Notes: generated by a model from the letters alone, not told the origin. A stretch of 64,000 nucleotides of DNA from the human T2T-CHM13v2.0 reference genome, Homo sapiens (GCF_009914755.1 NC_060931.1); one strand, 5' to 3'; shown: positions 1 through 15,065, counted from the first letter of the stretch. Translations and numbers: made by a program.

Positions 1-354
1 AAGGCTTGAACTTATAGTGACAGGAGAATTAAAGAGTAAGAAATCAACTAGGGAGATATTTAAGTGGTGACTGAATATGGAGTAGTAAAGACTTGGAGAT
101 ATTGGTATGATTTTGAGGTTTTTGGGAAAAAATTGTTCACTTTCCCATTCTGGAGTCCCCAGTCCACATTTTAGAACAATCTCTAAATCCCGTATGTGTT
201 GCTAAATCAACTTTTCAGCTCTCATTTAGGGATGCGAAATAAAAGTGTCGTTTAATCAATATGCATTCCAACAAAGCTTTTTTAAGCATTTATTTGCCAG
301 ACATTGTATGTGCCAGACATGTCCTTAAAGACCAAATTGGTATTATAATATGAT

Positions 355-560
355 GATAATAGCTAATATTTATTGAGACTTTTACTAAGGCCTGCACTGT
401 GTGCTAAGCACTTTGCCTGCATTGTCTTGTTAAATCCTCACAGCAGCCCTACAAAGGTGGTACTATTGTTATCCCTAATGTATAGATGAAGAAATGCAAG
501 CCTGCAGAGTAAGTTCCTTAAGGTTAACTAGAGCTAGAACGAAGATCAGAATCCAGGATT
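355..560 (-). mobile_element. MIR
   Basis: aatagctaatatttattgag...gtgctaagcacttt...aatcctcacagcagccct...tagatgaagaaa pattern. Confidence 0.7.
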
Positions 561-899
561 TAGTGATGATAAAATCTGTATACCTCATCACTGGTATATA
601 CAACAAAAATCAATGGAAAAGTTTCTATGGTAATCTAGAAGAAATTATTAGCTTAGCTAGAGGATTCAATGAGAGTTTCAAAGAAAACCGATAACAGAAT
701 TTTAAAGGATAGGTAGCAAACAACATTCCAGAAAGCTTTGACAGAAGCCTGAGAGCATATGATATATATGCAGCTTTGTGTGTTTCAATGACATATGCAT
801 TCAGGGGCAGTGGCAGAGGTGGGTCTGGTGAGGTTGGTAGGAAGGAAATTAGGAAGGATAGCACGTTCGGGACGGAGGAGGGGTTGAAAAAGAAGTGTT

Positions 900-1228
900 G
901 GCTGGGCGTGGTGGCTCACGCCTGTAATCCCAGCACTTTGGGAGGCTGAGGCTGGTGAATCATGAGGTCAGGAGATCGAGACCATCCTGGCCAACATGGT
1001 GAAACCCCGTCTCTACTAAAAATACAAAAATTAGCCGGGTGTGGTGGCACACACCTATAATCCCAGCTACTCAGGAGGCTGAGGCAGAAGAATCACTTGA
1101 ACCTGGGAGGCAGAGATTGTAGTGAGCAGAGATGGCAGCCCGGCACTCCAGCCTGGCAAGAGAGCAAGGCAAGACTCCATCTCAAAAACAAAAAAAAAGA
1201 AAAAAAGAAAAAGAAAAAGAAGAAGAAG
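900..1228 (+). mobile_element. Alu (AluS-like)
   Basis: GGCTGGGCGTGG start, dimer, A-rich tail. Confidence 0.92.
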
Positions 1229-1768
1229 GTCTTCAATAATTCCTGAGTAACTCTAGAATGATCTACGTCAGGCTTCTCCAGGGGCACTACTTGTGTGTAC
1301 CTTTTCAAAACTAGCTGAGGAAATGGACCGCAGGTATACACTCAACTATAAATAACTTAAGCAATTATTTGTTTAGAAAGATAATTACTTTTAAAATATA
1401 TGAGTTTTTACACTTTTCCACAGCCATAAAGGACTTTACTTGAGACCAGTTGTGTTAATTGACCATGACATTAACAAACAACCAAATGTTAGTTGTCTAA
1501 CACTGATAGTTTTTCTCAGAAGCGAGGTAAGTCAAATTTTAAGCTGCAGATGTTAGTTTTCTGGTGCAGAGATGGTACTATAGAAGTCTATATCTGGTAC
1601 AATCACTTAATGATCACACAGTAATACTATTATTCATCTTATTTTACATTATTTGGTATGGATATGTACATAAAAGAACATGAGTCTGACCATCAGGATA
1701 CTTGGATCCTAAAATAATATTAGCTAGATGTGCAATTTTTATTATGTCATTTATTTATCTAAGGCTCA

Positions 1769-2393
<625 letters not shown>

Positions 2394-3070
2394 TCATGTA
2401 TAGGATAAATATTTTGTTTATTTTCTCCTCCTCATAAAACAACTGATTATCCAAGACTACCAGTACATTTTTCCTTGCAGTCATATAACAATAATTTCAT
2501 ATTTTACCTATTTGTGTGACAGCTTAAAATCTTTCTAGAATACATAGGCTACGCAAATTTTAGAATTCCTTTTAATTGTACCAAGAGGGTGGTATTGGAA
2601 GATTACTGAAAAGATTATCAGAAATTATACATAATTGTGGGTTGTGTCACTATGGGAAACCACATGTATTGTATCACTAAGGTTACAATTATAAACACAC
2701 TCTGACTCAAATTATTGCAAAACATTACCATATTTGGGTGAGGTTTCTAGAGGAAGAGAGCAGCCAATTAATCAAGCAATAATATTTGCTGAGTATCCAC
2801 TGTATACAAAATACTAATATAGGTGTTGCTGAGTAAACAGGAAAAAAGACAGGAAAAAAAACAAAACCAGAAGTACTGCTGATGCAGCACAGGGTGGTGA
2901 ATTGAATTTACAGGATGGGATAGTAATTGCCTTCATTAAGTTTTATTTGGTGGACAGTGCCCAGACTTAAGAGGAAGAAAGAAAAATCTTGCAGTGGAAA
3001 GAACATGAAATATAAAATAAGATGCCTAGGTTCCAATCCCAGCTCGGTCACTTAGGAGCTATGCAATCTT

Positions 3071-3072
3071 TT

Positions 3073-3112
<40 letters not shown>

Positions 3113-3350
3113 TTTTTTTTTTTTTTTAGATGGAGTTTTGCTCTTGTTGCCCAGGCAACCTCCGCCTCCTGGGTTCAAGTGATTCTCTTGCCTCAGCCTC
3201 CCAAGTAGCTGGGATTACAGGTGTGAGCCACCACGCCCAGCTAATTTTTGTATTTTTAGTAGAGACAGGGTTTCCTCATGTTGGCCAGGCTGGTCTCAAA
3301 CTCCTGACCTCAGGTGATCTGCCCACCTCTGCCTCCCAAAGTGCTGGGAT
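3071..3350 (-). mobile_element. 5'-truncated Alu with (TTTC)n tail, inserted in a MIR
   Basis: TSD CTATGCAATCTT at 3059-3070 and 3351-3362; MIR core (ctgtaaaatggg) downstream. Confidence 0.9.
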
Positions 3351-3889
3351 CTATGCAATCTTAAATCATTTAGCCTCATTTTTTTCTTCTGTAAAATGGG
3401 TATAATGGTACTGATAAGAACCTCACTTGAGGTTGCAGTGAGAAATCAATGAAGCAATGATTTGTAATCTATAAGAGTAAACATGTTAATTTTCATCCAG
3501 TGTTACCCTTGGTTAAACTATGTGGTTTATTCTCTTTATCTTCTTCACAACGTTTATCCTCGAAAGGACACCTGCTTTTTTCTGCATGTGTCAGCATGCT
3601 TCTCCTTCCTCTTCTCTCCCCAAATGAACCATCAGTTTTTCAATATCATAGCTTCTGTTTGCCGTCCATTCACAAAAAACAATGATTTGCACATTATGAA
3701 CACCCAATAAATTACTTAATAATAAGGTCTTGCCTCTGAACATTTATTTGATACTCTCACATTTCATTTATGTGCAGCTGTCAGATTCATCTTGCTGCAC
3801 ATATTTCTGATCATGTCATGTCACTGTTCAAAAGTTCTCAACAGTTCCTCACGGAATCTGAACGCCTATCTTAAACCCTAAGGCCTTAC

Positions 3890-4272
3890 CACTCAAAATG
3901 TGGTCTCCAGATCAGGAGCACTGGCATCAGCTGGGAGCCTGTTATTCTACAGGCTGTATTCTGGAGAATACAGATTCTCCAGTCTCATGCCACATCTATT
4001 GAATTAACAACTTCGTTTTCACAAGATTCCCAATTGATTCATATCTACGCAGCTTTGATTACATGTTTAATCTCTCATAAACTTCAAGCTTCAAAAGCAG
4101 GGTTGCTAGATTTAGCAAATAAAAGTAAAGGATGTCCAGTAAAATTTGAAAACAATGAGTAATTTTTTGGTTTAAGTATGTCTCCACTGCTTCATGGGAC
4201 ATACTTTTTAAAAGATTGCTTATCTGCAATTCACATTTGATTAAGTGTCCTATATTTAATATGGCAAACCTA
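3890..4272. mobile_element. hAT-Charlie relics (MER5-like then MER33/MER3-like)
   Basis: ctcaaaatgtggtc...ggcatcagctggg; cagggttgctagatttagcaaataaaa...atggcaaacc termini. Confidence 0.55.
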
Positions 4273-4346
4273 TTCAGGAGGGTAGGATCCATGTCTAACA
4301 TAGCTTTGTATTCCCCTGGAATAGTACAGTGCCTTCCCCAACTGTT

Positions 4347-4696
4347 TTTGTTTTTTTTTGTTTTGCTTTTTGAGACAGAGTCTTGCTCTGTCACCCAGGC
4401 TGGAGTACAGTGGCGCGACCTCGGCTGACTGCAACCTCCGTCTCCCGGGTTGCAGGGACAGGGACAACCTCCGCCTCTCGGGTTGCAATGACTTCTGCAA
4501 CTCTCCTGCCTCAGCCTCCCGAGTAGCTGGTATTACAGGTATGCGCCACCACGCCCCGGATAATTTTTGTATTTTTAGTAGAGACGGGGTTTCTTCATGT
4601 TGGCCAATCTGGTCACGAACTCCTGACCTCAGATGATCTGCCCACGGAGGCCTCCCAAATTGCTGGGATTACAGGCCTGAGCTACCGCGCCCGGCC
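4347..4696 (-). mobile_element. Alu with internal duplication
   Basis: TSD ccccaactgtt; duplicated caacctccg...gggttgca. Confidence 0.9.
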
Positions 4697-4759
4697 CCAA
4701 CTGTTCAATATATGTTTGTTTAATGAGTAGAAAATGAGCTTCTTGAGTATGGAAGTTTC

Positions 4760-5200
4760 TCTTTTTATTTCAACAGTTTTGGAATACAGGTGGATTTTTG
4801 GTAACATGGATAAGTCCTTTAGCGGTAACTTCTGAGATTTTAGTGCACCCATCACCTGAGCAGTGTACCCTGTACCCAATACGTAGTAATTTATCCCCTC
4901 CCCAGTCCCCAAAGTCCATTTTATCATTCTTATGCCTTTGAACCCACATAGCTTAGCTCCCACTTATAAGTGAGAACATAAAATATTTGGTTTCCCATTC
5001 CTGAGTTACTTCACTTAGAATAATGGCCTCCAGCTCCTTCCAAGTTGCTGCAAAAGGCATTATTTCGTTCCTTTTTATGGCTGAGTAGTATTCCATGGTG
5101 TATATACCCACATTTGCTCTATCCACTCATTGGTTGATGGACACTTAGGTTGGTTCCATCTCTTTGCAATTGCGAATTGTGCTGCTATGAACATGTATGT
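4760..5200 (-). mobile_element. L1 3' end (L1PB-like)
   Basis: Antisense L1 3' UTR: cccacttataagtgagaacat, atggctgagtagtattccatgg. Confidence 0.85.
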
Positions 5201-5756
5201 CTAGCTTGCTTTTTTCCCCCTCAACACTGTATCCCCAGAGACTAACACAGTGCCCCGCACCCCGTTAAAGAACCAAAAAATATTTGTTGGATGAATAAAG
5301 GAGTATATCAAGAGCAATCTTTCAATTATGGAGAGGGTCGTGATGTGTATTTTAATGAAAGCCAACTATCTTCTCTAATATTTGAAAAAACAATGTTTAA
5401 AAGGCTTCTATTTGTACACCTTTTCACATTTTAGCTGGCAGAGTTCAGGACTTGATGGAAACATAACGAAGGGCTCAGAATGTACTCATCGCAGACTGAG
5501 CCCATATGGTCACAGTGGGGAGAGCACGCTGCACTCAAGATGCTAGCAAGCCTGCAGCAGGCGGCCCAGCGAGACACGGTCCCCCGCCCGGCCACCAGGC
5601 GCCCGCGCACGCGCACAGCCGCGCTCAGTCCGCGAGGGCCGGGTCGAGGGAGGCGGGGCTCCCGGGGTGCGCGTGCGCGGCGGCCTGAGCGGCGGGCCCC
5701 TCCCTTAGCGGGGGCGCGCGGCGCTGAGGACCGCACGGAAACGGGGAAGTCAGGTG

Positions 5757-5779
5757 GCCGCTGCCGCCGCCGCCGCCGC
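5757..5779 (+). repeat. Short (GCC)n tract at the 5' UTR/TSS
   Basis: GCC GCT (GCC)5 GC. Confidence 0.85.
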
Positions 5780-5799
5780 GGTTTGTCGCCAGAAGGAAG

Positions 5800-5838
5800 A
5801 TGGCGGATCTGGAGGAGCAGTTGTCTGATGAAGAGAAG
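5800..5838 (+). CDS. CAPZA2: CAPZA2 coding exon 1 (MADLEEQLSDEEK)
   Basis: ATG at 5800 in a CpG island; donor AAG|gtaaga at 5839; matches the recalled CapZ alpha-2 N-terminus. Confidence 0.97.
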
Positions 5839-7945
5839 GTAAGAGTCGCGGGGGCGACGGCGCGGGCTGTCAGGAGCCGGCTCAGCCCGGGCGGGTGGGC
5901 CCGGAGTCTGGTCGCGGGGGAAGGGCATTGGCCCGCAGCTGGCCTTGCCCTCGGCTGCCCTTCCTCCCCCATCCTTACTGCGCCCAGTGCCTGCCCCTGT
6001 CCGTCACCCGAGGCCCCGCGCGGGGGCAGGTCTCTGCCAGGCCTGCTCGCTCCGCTCCTTGTAGGGTGTGTACTCCGAAAATAGGAAGCGGGAGCCGGGC
6101 GACGGCGGGCGGGGGCGCGGGCGCGGGGGAGGGCGGCGGCTGCCCAGGACCCTCTCCTGCTGTCGGGCCGCGGGGCCTCCGCCGGGGCCGGGGACCGGGG
6201 ACCAGGGACGCAAAGGGGTTTGCGTCCGTGCCTGGGAGCGGCCCAAGGGCAGTGCCCAGCGCGGCGGCCTGGCCTGTGAGTGTAGCGGCGGGTGAGGGGA
6301 AGGGAAAAATCGCTTAGGAAGCAGACCTTCACTTCTCCCTTCTACTTCCCCCTCCTCAAAGCAAAATGCTTCCTTTTCTGATCCTCTACGGTTTATCCTT
6401 TTTTTTCCCTTTCCCCATGGAGGCATCTCTCCCTCCTTCTCTCTTTCCTTTCGTGGCTCTAGCAGTAAGCTTGCAGCTCCCATGTTCCCCAGGAGGCAGC
6501 GGAGTTGCTCACAAAAAGACGACCCCCTCCCCATAGTTGTTTTCTGCCCACGTTGGCAGCAGCCCCCCCCCGGGGGTCGATTTGGTGGCACCTCACTTTC
6601 CTGCTAGGACTTCTTCCGAAGAGGGGAAAATGTGCAACTCCTTTTACTGTATATTAGATGCTGTGACAGCAATGGAACCAGATGAACGACTTAAGTTCTC
6701 AGATATTTAAAACGAGTAATGGAATAATTCATTGAACTGCTGCTCTCTTAATTCGCCCCTTTCGTTTGGCTTTTGGGAACGTCCCATTCCCGAGGGTGGT
6801 GGGGTAGGGGAGAACCCTGCTAATTTTGACTGTTTCTCGGAAAGGACCCTTAGAAGTAACTGACAGAACATAGGAATGAGTTAGTTGCAGGGTTGGAAAT
6901 GTCCACTCTTCGTTAAAGAGTGCTTCATTTTTAAATTTCAAAGCCAGTGCAGGAAAATACAGGTACATTTAGGTATGTTGTGGTGTTTAAGAAATCTTCA
7001 TGTAAGTCTGAGGATATTTTCATTTAGGACCCTCTGCTCTAGATGTTTTTATATGCTGTGTTCTTGCACCGAAATAGAAGGTTCTGTCCCATTCCCAATG
7101 TGAATGGTCAGAAGTCAGCCTCATCTTTATTTTCGGAAATCTTTTTTTCTCTTGTGTTCTTCGGTGAAAGTGATAATACAACAACAAAATGGGGGCGAGC
7201 AACGTCTCCATAGCCCACAGACCCAGTAGGCAGATCCCCGTATCCACAAAAGTTGCTGTACAGTATTCAATGTATAATCTTGATAAATAATCCTATTTTA
7301 TTTAGGTGACTGAAAGTGTACAGGAGTGCACAAACATATTTAAAATTGAGGCGTGCTAAAAAGCTTAAAAAGAGATTGTCGTGTTTTTATTCTACCATTC
7401 TTAAGTGATGATTAGTAGCTCAAGTGGCTAGAAATCTAGCTGAAGAGAGACTACTCGGTGTGGGAGTTAATATAGACCTGCCATGTGTTGTAAAGGCCTA
7501 AAATAAAAAAGTTTTTTAAAAATGAGATAACAAGATGCCTTATTATCTGGCACTCTCAGGGCACTAAGCTTCATAAAGAGGAATGAGGAGGTTGTGTGTC
7601 TTAAAGCCTGTGCCGCCTAGTAGCAAAATGTTTTATGGTTAAATGAATGAAAATTCTAATTTGATTTTTGATGTTTTGTAAGAATATTATGTAGATATTT
7701 TACATATAAATTTTATCACTATATTTACTAATTTAAAAACTGACAAAACCTTTAGGTTAAATTCAAGTAACCAGTAAAGTGAAATTTTAACGTTCTTGTC
7801 ACTTGAGATATCTAAAGGTTATTTTCATTTTGGGGGAGGAGGATGTGTCCAGTATGGGATCAGAAAACAGAGAGGACTTAAAAGTGATATTTTAATATTA
7901 CTCGTTCTACTGCCTTATTGGTAATTTTCAAAAATAAGCTCTTAA

Positions 7946-8070
7946 GCTGGGCACGGTGGTTTGCACCTGTAATGCCAACTACTCTGGATGCCAAGGTGTG
8001 GAGGATCGCTTGAGCCCAGGAGTTGTAGACCAGCCTGGTAACATAGCGAGACCTCATCTCTAAAAAAAAA
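7946..8070 (+). mobile_element. FLAM / Alu monomer
   Basis: Single Alu arm with A tail. Confidence 0.8.
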
Positions 8071-8337
8071 TATTAAGTTTTGAATACTTTTAAGTTTTTG
8101 AAATTTCCATTCTAGATTGCAAATTTAAGGAAGAGAAGCTGTTAAGATGTGTCTAGTACCATACTTTATATATGCTTGGCTCAGTTAGATACATTCATTA
8201 CTTAATTTGTTGTTGTAAGAGGTAGTTCTATTACCATTTCACAGATGAGTAGAGTGAGGTTCAAAAGCTTTAAGTAGTTCACCCAAGGACGGTCAAGATG
8301 AAGGTAGTATTTAAAGTTTGTCTTAGTCCAACGTTGA

Positions 8338-8698
<361 letters not shown>

Positions 8699-8784
8699 TG
8701 ATAAGAACCTCTTCTGGTTTTGTCTCTTCATTTTTAATTTGTTGACAGCTTATTTTGAAAAAGGAGAAACGTTGATTCTTCCTT

Positions 8785-9068
8785 AGACAGGGTCTCACTC
8801 TGTCCACCCAGGCTGGAGTGCAGTGGTGATCATGGCTCACTGCAGCCTCAACTTCCTGGGCTCAAGCAGTCCTCTCACCTCAGTCTCCCCAAGTAGCTGG
8901 GAGTACAGGCAGGTGTGCCAGGACACCCAGCAAATTTAAAAAAATTTTTTGTAGAGACAAGGTCTCACGATGTTGTCCAGGGTGGTCTCACACTCCTGGC
9001 TCAAACGATCCTCCCACTTGGGCATCCTAAAGTGCTGGGATTACGGGCATGAGCCATGATTCCTAGCC
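8785..9068 (-). mobile_element. Alu (AluJ-like)
   Basis: Diverged dimer with ggctcaagc J-type positions. Confidence 0.88.
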
Positions 9069-9374
9069 CTTTTTTAAAAAGTAATACCAAGCAAATAGTG
9101 TTAGGTTCTAAATTTTTGTCTTGATGATTTTAGAATAAAGCTTATTATTAACACATTTAAAGGTGTTATGTTACTGATAGGAAGCATTTTAGAAATCAAT
9201 CTAGAATAATAGTTTTGTTTTTTAAAATCATACACAATTGCTTTTTGAGGATACTACTATGAAGTTTAATAACCTTTTCTCCTTTGGCCACTGGGTGAAT
9301 GGGAAATAAATTTAGCTGAAGAACACAATGAAGTTCTTTAAAGCTCTTAACTTGCTATAGTGTGTCCCATAGAC

Positions 9375-9658
9375 TTTTTTTTTTTTTTTTTGAGACGGAG
9401 TCTCGCTCTTTCACCCAGGCGGTATCTCGGCTCACTGCAAGCTCCGCCTCCTGGGTTCACGCCATTCTCCTGCCTCAGCCTCCCGAGTAGCTGGGACTAC
9501 AGGCGCCTGCCACCGCGCCCGGCTAATTTTTTGTATTTTTAGTAGAGACGGGGTTTCACCGTGTTAGCCAGGATGGTCTCAATCTCCTGACCTCGTGATC
9601 CACCCGCCTCGGCCTCCCAAAGTGCTGGGATTACAGGCGTGAGCCACCGTGCCCGGCC
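9375..9658 (-). mobile_element. AluY-like
   Basis: AluY-type gttcacgccattctcc and ttagccaggatgg; TSD tcccatagacttttt. Confidence 0.92.
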
Positions 9659-10730
9659 TCCCATAGACTTTTTTACATAGTTACAGAAACCCTAGGCCAA
9701 AAACAGTTCATTTTCATTCCTGGGTCAGCTGTATTGTACAGTAAAGCATTTTTGTGAATTTGAAATTGTATGAAATTATGGTGTAAGGCTCAATTGAAAA
9801 GACCCATTCCGAAACCTCTCTCTGGATAAGAGATTCAAGTTCCAGAAGGAATACACTTAGTTACTGATGGGAAAGATCGTTTTTCTTCCTGTAACCCTTT
9901 ACCTCAGTGATTACAATAATCTGTCCCATAGCTTCAACTTTTAGGTCTTTGCAGTTGTCTCCCAGGTACATAGCTGTAGCACTAACTTCTTTCCTGATTA
10001 CTGGTCAGATTTTTATCTGCTATTCATGTTCACTGGAGATGGTTAATTAGGTATGTTCAAATGGAGCTTGCCTAGAAGTAAATTTATAAACGCCCATCTT
10101 CTTTCCTCTCACACAAAGGGGGGTATAATCTACTCTTGATAATTTTTCTCTTTATATCTTTATTCCCATTATTCCAGTCATCCTGGTTTTTAATTTCAGA
10201 TTTATTCTAACTTTTTTTGGCCCTGTACCTTACAATCAACTGGTAAAAGTTGTCACTTCCATCGTCAAAATATGTATTATACAAATAACTTATTTCTTGC
10301 TTGAAAAGTTAATTCATTTATATTAATACTTCGTTTATTATCTCTGCATTGACCTGATTGTTAAATAATGTTTGGTAACAAAATTTCACTGTACAAACAG
10401 AATGCAACTTGATTATACTTGTTCTGTGCCAACAGTTAAGAAGTAAAGTCAAGAAAAATGTCTCATATCTGTTCTTTCCCTTCTGTTATATTTGCCACTG
10501 TTAGGCTTTTACTAGAAAATTTCTAGACTAATCCCTCCTGTTTCCTGTATCTAAGCCATGCTTTACTTTGTCATTTCTCTACTCTCAAAATTTTAGTGCC
10601 TGGATCCTCCATTGCCTTTACAAGGAAGCCAAGTTCTTAAAATGGTATTCATGGCCTTGTATTCCATTTTAACCTAAATAGTTCTGACATTTTCAATACG
10701 TATTGTTACTTAATCGTGCTGTGAATTTAG

Positions 10731-11071
<341 letters not shown>

Positions 11072-11638
11072 ACTGGTCCATTTCTAGCACCTCAGATAAA
11101 TTATTTAATCTCTCAGCCTCAGTTTGCTCTGAAATGTTAGAATGTTGTAGTAAGTACCTTCTTCATTAAGTTGTTGTAAGTCTAAATGGGCTTGGCATGT
11201 AGTAAGCGCACAATAAATGGTAGTTATTTTTCTCTGCTCATGACTTTTCATCTACTTTGAGTGTTGGTACTGCTCCCAGGTCTGTCCCCTTTTTTGAAAC
11301 ATGAAAATCTCAGTCATCTCTCAAGATTTAGCTTAGATTACACAGCTAGTTTAGCCTCTCATCTGAACTCTTCAAGAGATCGTTAGTATTAAATACAATT
11401 TTGCGTAATAGTTATTTGCTTACCGTTTTTTCCCTTTTCCATTGGAATTCCTAAGTGGAGACATAATGTCATCTTTAGCATCTGTTGTTACTCTACCATG
11501 TGATGAATAGGATGGCTGTACCTGCAGTTTATATACTTCTCCCTCAGTGACTGGCTTCAGAAATTTTGTGTGTGTAAAAACAATATAAGCTGCCATTGTA
11601 TTTCATAATATTAATGTAAAATTAGAAATGTTTTTATT

Positions 11639-11962
<324 letters not shown>

Positions 11963-12808
11963 TCAAGCAAAAAGCTATTAATGTGGACAATATTCATTCC
12001 TAATTCTATTCTATAGATAAATTATGTTATTTCACCAATAAAGTGTAAAAACTTCTGTTGCAGACAGGAACTTGATAGCAGCTGTAGCATTAGTGGAGTT
12101 TTTCAGACTTTGTACATTAAAGTAAATTTGTAGTAAATTTTCAGTGCATTTGGGAGCCATTTTTGCATGAGTAGTTGAATAGATAGAATAATTGCATGTT
12201 AGTGTGAGAATACAGATATGAAAACACTTAGAGCAGAGAATCTAAAATAATTTTTAAGGTTGAAAAGCAGGATGGCAAAACTTGGATCTGTGGTTCCAAG
12301 CTATGACCTAAAAGCCTAATCAGTCACCTGAAGCAAAAATTTGTTAAAGTTATTATAGCAATAATTTGTTAAATAGGAGATTCATGCATATCAAAGAAAA
12401 TGGGGTCTTTGTCTTCTGAAAACCACTCTCTGACAGGTTCCATGAAAATACCCATGGCTGTTTCAAAAAAGAATTTCATAAATTTTATTTTGAGGATTAA
12501 GTATAGTTTTTGCATTCTTGCTCTTATGACATATTTACATGTTTCACTATGCATCTAATGACTGAGAACTTTTCTTATACATTCTAATTCGCAGTGTTTC
12601 TACTGGAAATGACTTTTGAAATCCATTTACCTCCATCTTCATTCATTTACTAAATATACCACATTTCACTGATTTCAGTACTGATACTTTTTTATATTTT
12701 AAGATCTCTGAAATCAGGCTGCATTGTACAATCAATGGGTTGTAATATTTCATTGGTAGCGTTTTTCCTTGTTTAGTGGTACATAAAGTTATGCATCTTA
12801 TATTGATT

Positions 12809-13320
<512 letters not shown>

Positions 13321-13667
13321 TAGATTAAGTTTTAAATTCACTAAAGTGTAGCGATCACCTGGAAGGTAGATATAATGCAAAACTAGATTCGAAGAGGAAT
13401 TGGACATATGTAATATACATACTAAATTGGGTCTAAAAATTTAGAAGATAGAAAAGCTACTTCTGCCTAGGGGTATGGTAAACATCAGTTGGGGTCAAGC
13501 TCATACCAGAGAGCACAACATAGGGAAAAATAACAGGAAAGTGGGAACAAGCAGGCAGTGAGTTTTGTGTAAAAAGAATTCAGTTAAATAGTTGAGTGTC
13601 TACTCTATATTTGGTACTTTTACAATAAGAGATGCAAAGGTGAATTGTGCTGTTTAACAGCTGACTG

Positions 13668-13852
13668 TCAGGGTTTTTCCATCTCATCAATGTTGACAGT
13701 TTGGGCCAGATATTGTTGGGCAGGTGGACATGCTGTGCGTTGTAGGGTGTTTAGCAACATCCTTAGCCCACATGATATGCCACTACCATAACCCAGGCTT
13801 ACCAATCCAGAATGTCTCCTGGTGGACAGATTCACCCCTTGTTGAGACCCAT
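13668..13852. mobile_element. MER20 (hAT-Charlie)
   Basis: ttgacagtttgggccagata...tgtagggtgtttagcaacatcc...ttgagacc. Confidence 0.7.
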
Positions 13853-13949
13853 GAGTCTAGATAGATTAGAGCTGGTAAGAACAGTTGAGAACCTGGCTTA
13901 AGTGGACTTTAGGACCTGGTTTAAGTTCGTCCCACAAGAAATGGAGGAA

Positions 13950-14760
13950 AAAAAGATCGCCAATAGATTTTAGAGTTGGAATCAAGAAGACTTGATAAAT
14001 GAATATAGGGGAAAGGCGTGAGTCAGAGAAAACTGTGAACATTAAAGTCTGGATGACTGGGAATTGGTACCACTAGTAACAACTGGAGAACACAGGAAAG
14101 AGGATACACAGCTGGGAGGAATAATGGTGAATTTAGTTTTGGTTGTACGGAGTTTGAGATGCTAGTCATTGTCTATGTGAAAATGCCTAGCAGATACGGA
14201 GATAGAGAAACAGCTTGGAAAAGAGGTCAGCTCCAGAGATTATATAGAGATTTGAGAATCCTCTTTTTGTGGGTTAAAGCGAGATGGGATAAGCCCTTTA
14301 GGACAAAAAGCTTAGACATGGGAAAGAGGAGAGGGCAGGAAGCGTATACTTTATACTTTGATTTGAGGAATAAGAAGTGGAGAGAGACCTAAAGGTGAGG
14401 AGAAACCCTTGAGGTCGAAGTGTTACCTACTGATAGCTAGCACAGAGTAGGTGCTGAGGTCACAGAATGTGACGAGAATTTCAAGAAGGAGCGGTGCTCA
14501 GTGTTGCAGAGATTAAGGAGTATGAGATTGAAAAAAGCCTTTGGATTTAAGAGAAAGGAATGAGAAACAAATTATACCTACTCTATGCCAGGGACTTTAA
14601 CATGTATTCTCTCTATTAATTGTCAGAATAACCTTGTTATTATCTTCATTGTACAGACAGGAAACTGGTGCAGTTAAGGCTGTTTAAGTGGTGGACTAGG
14701 GATTAGTGGCCTTCAAGAGAATAATTTTACTAGTGTTTGGAGCAAGGAGTGGAGAGACAT
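13950..14760 (-). mobile_element. L2 fragments
   Basis: gaatttagttttggttgtac...gagtttgagatgc, a purine-rich antisense L2 pattern. Confidence 0.55.
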
Positions 14761-15065
14761 AAGCCAGATAACTGGAGTCTATAATAAAAAGTATGTGTGT
14801 ATTTTCCCTTTTCCAGAAACGGCATTTCAGTCTTGTTTGCCTTGTAAACTACTCATCTTTGGATAACCAGACTCAAGGACTTTCTTCTCTTCTTTTGTAT
14901 CCTGACATACCTCTGCTCCCTAAGCAATTTGTACTTATCTTTGTTATAACATTTACCAGTTTTAATAAATTTACCTGTTGTCCTTATTTCCTGTGTTCTT
15001 CAGGGCCAGGCCTTATGTCTTCACCATCTTTGTAATTCCAGTAGAGCGCCTAGCCTGTATTAAAT

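Larger units (their letters stand above)
5540..6320. promoter_or_regulatory. CpG-island, TATA-less promoter of CAPZA2 with GC boxes, two NRF1 sites, ETS motifs and YY1/TISU
   Basis: Very high GC and CpG content; CCCCGCCC about 5582; CGCGCACGCGCA 5604-5615 and its reverse complement 5668-5679; CGGAA/GGAAGT 5736-5750; AAGATGGCGG 5797-5806. Confidence 0.9.

Noticed and set aside
5700-5720. CTCF-like CCTTAGCGGGGGCGC
   Set aside because: Only a partial match in a GC-rich background; cannot be supported without ChIP data.
5431-6591. Several long overlapping ORFs (up to 235 aa) on both strands
   Set aside because: Pro/Arg/Gly/Ala-rich products of a stop-poor CpG island. Only 5800-5838 is coding; ORF 5800..6084 is exon 1 read into intron 1.
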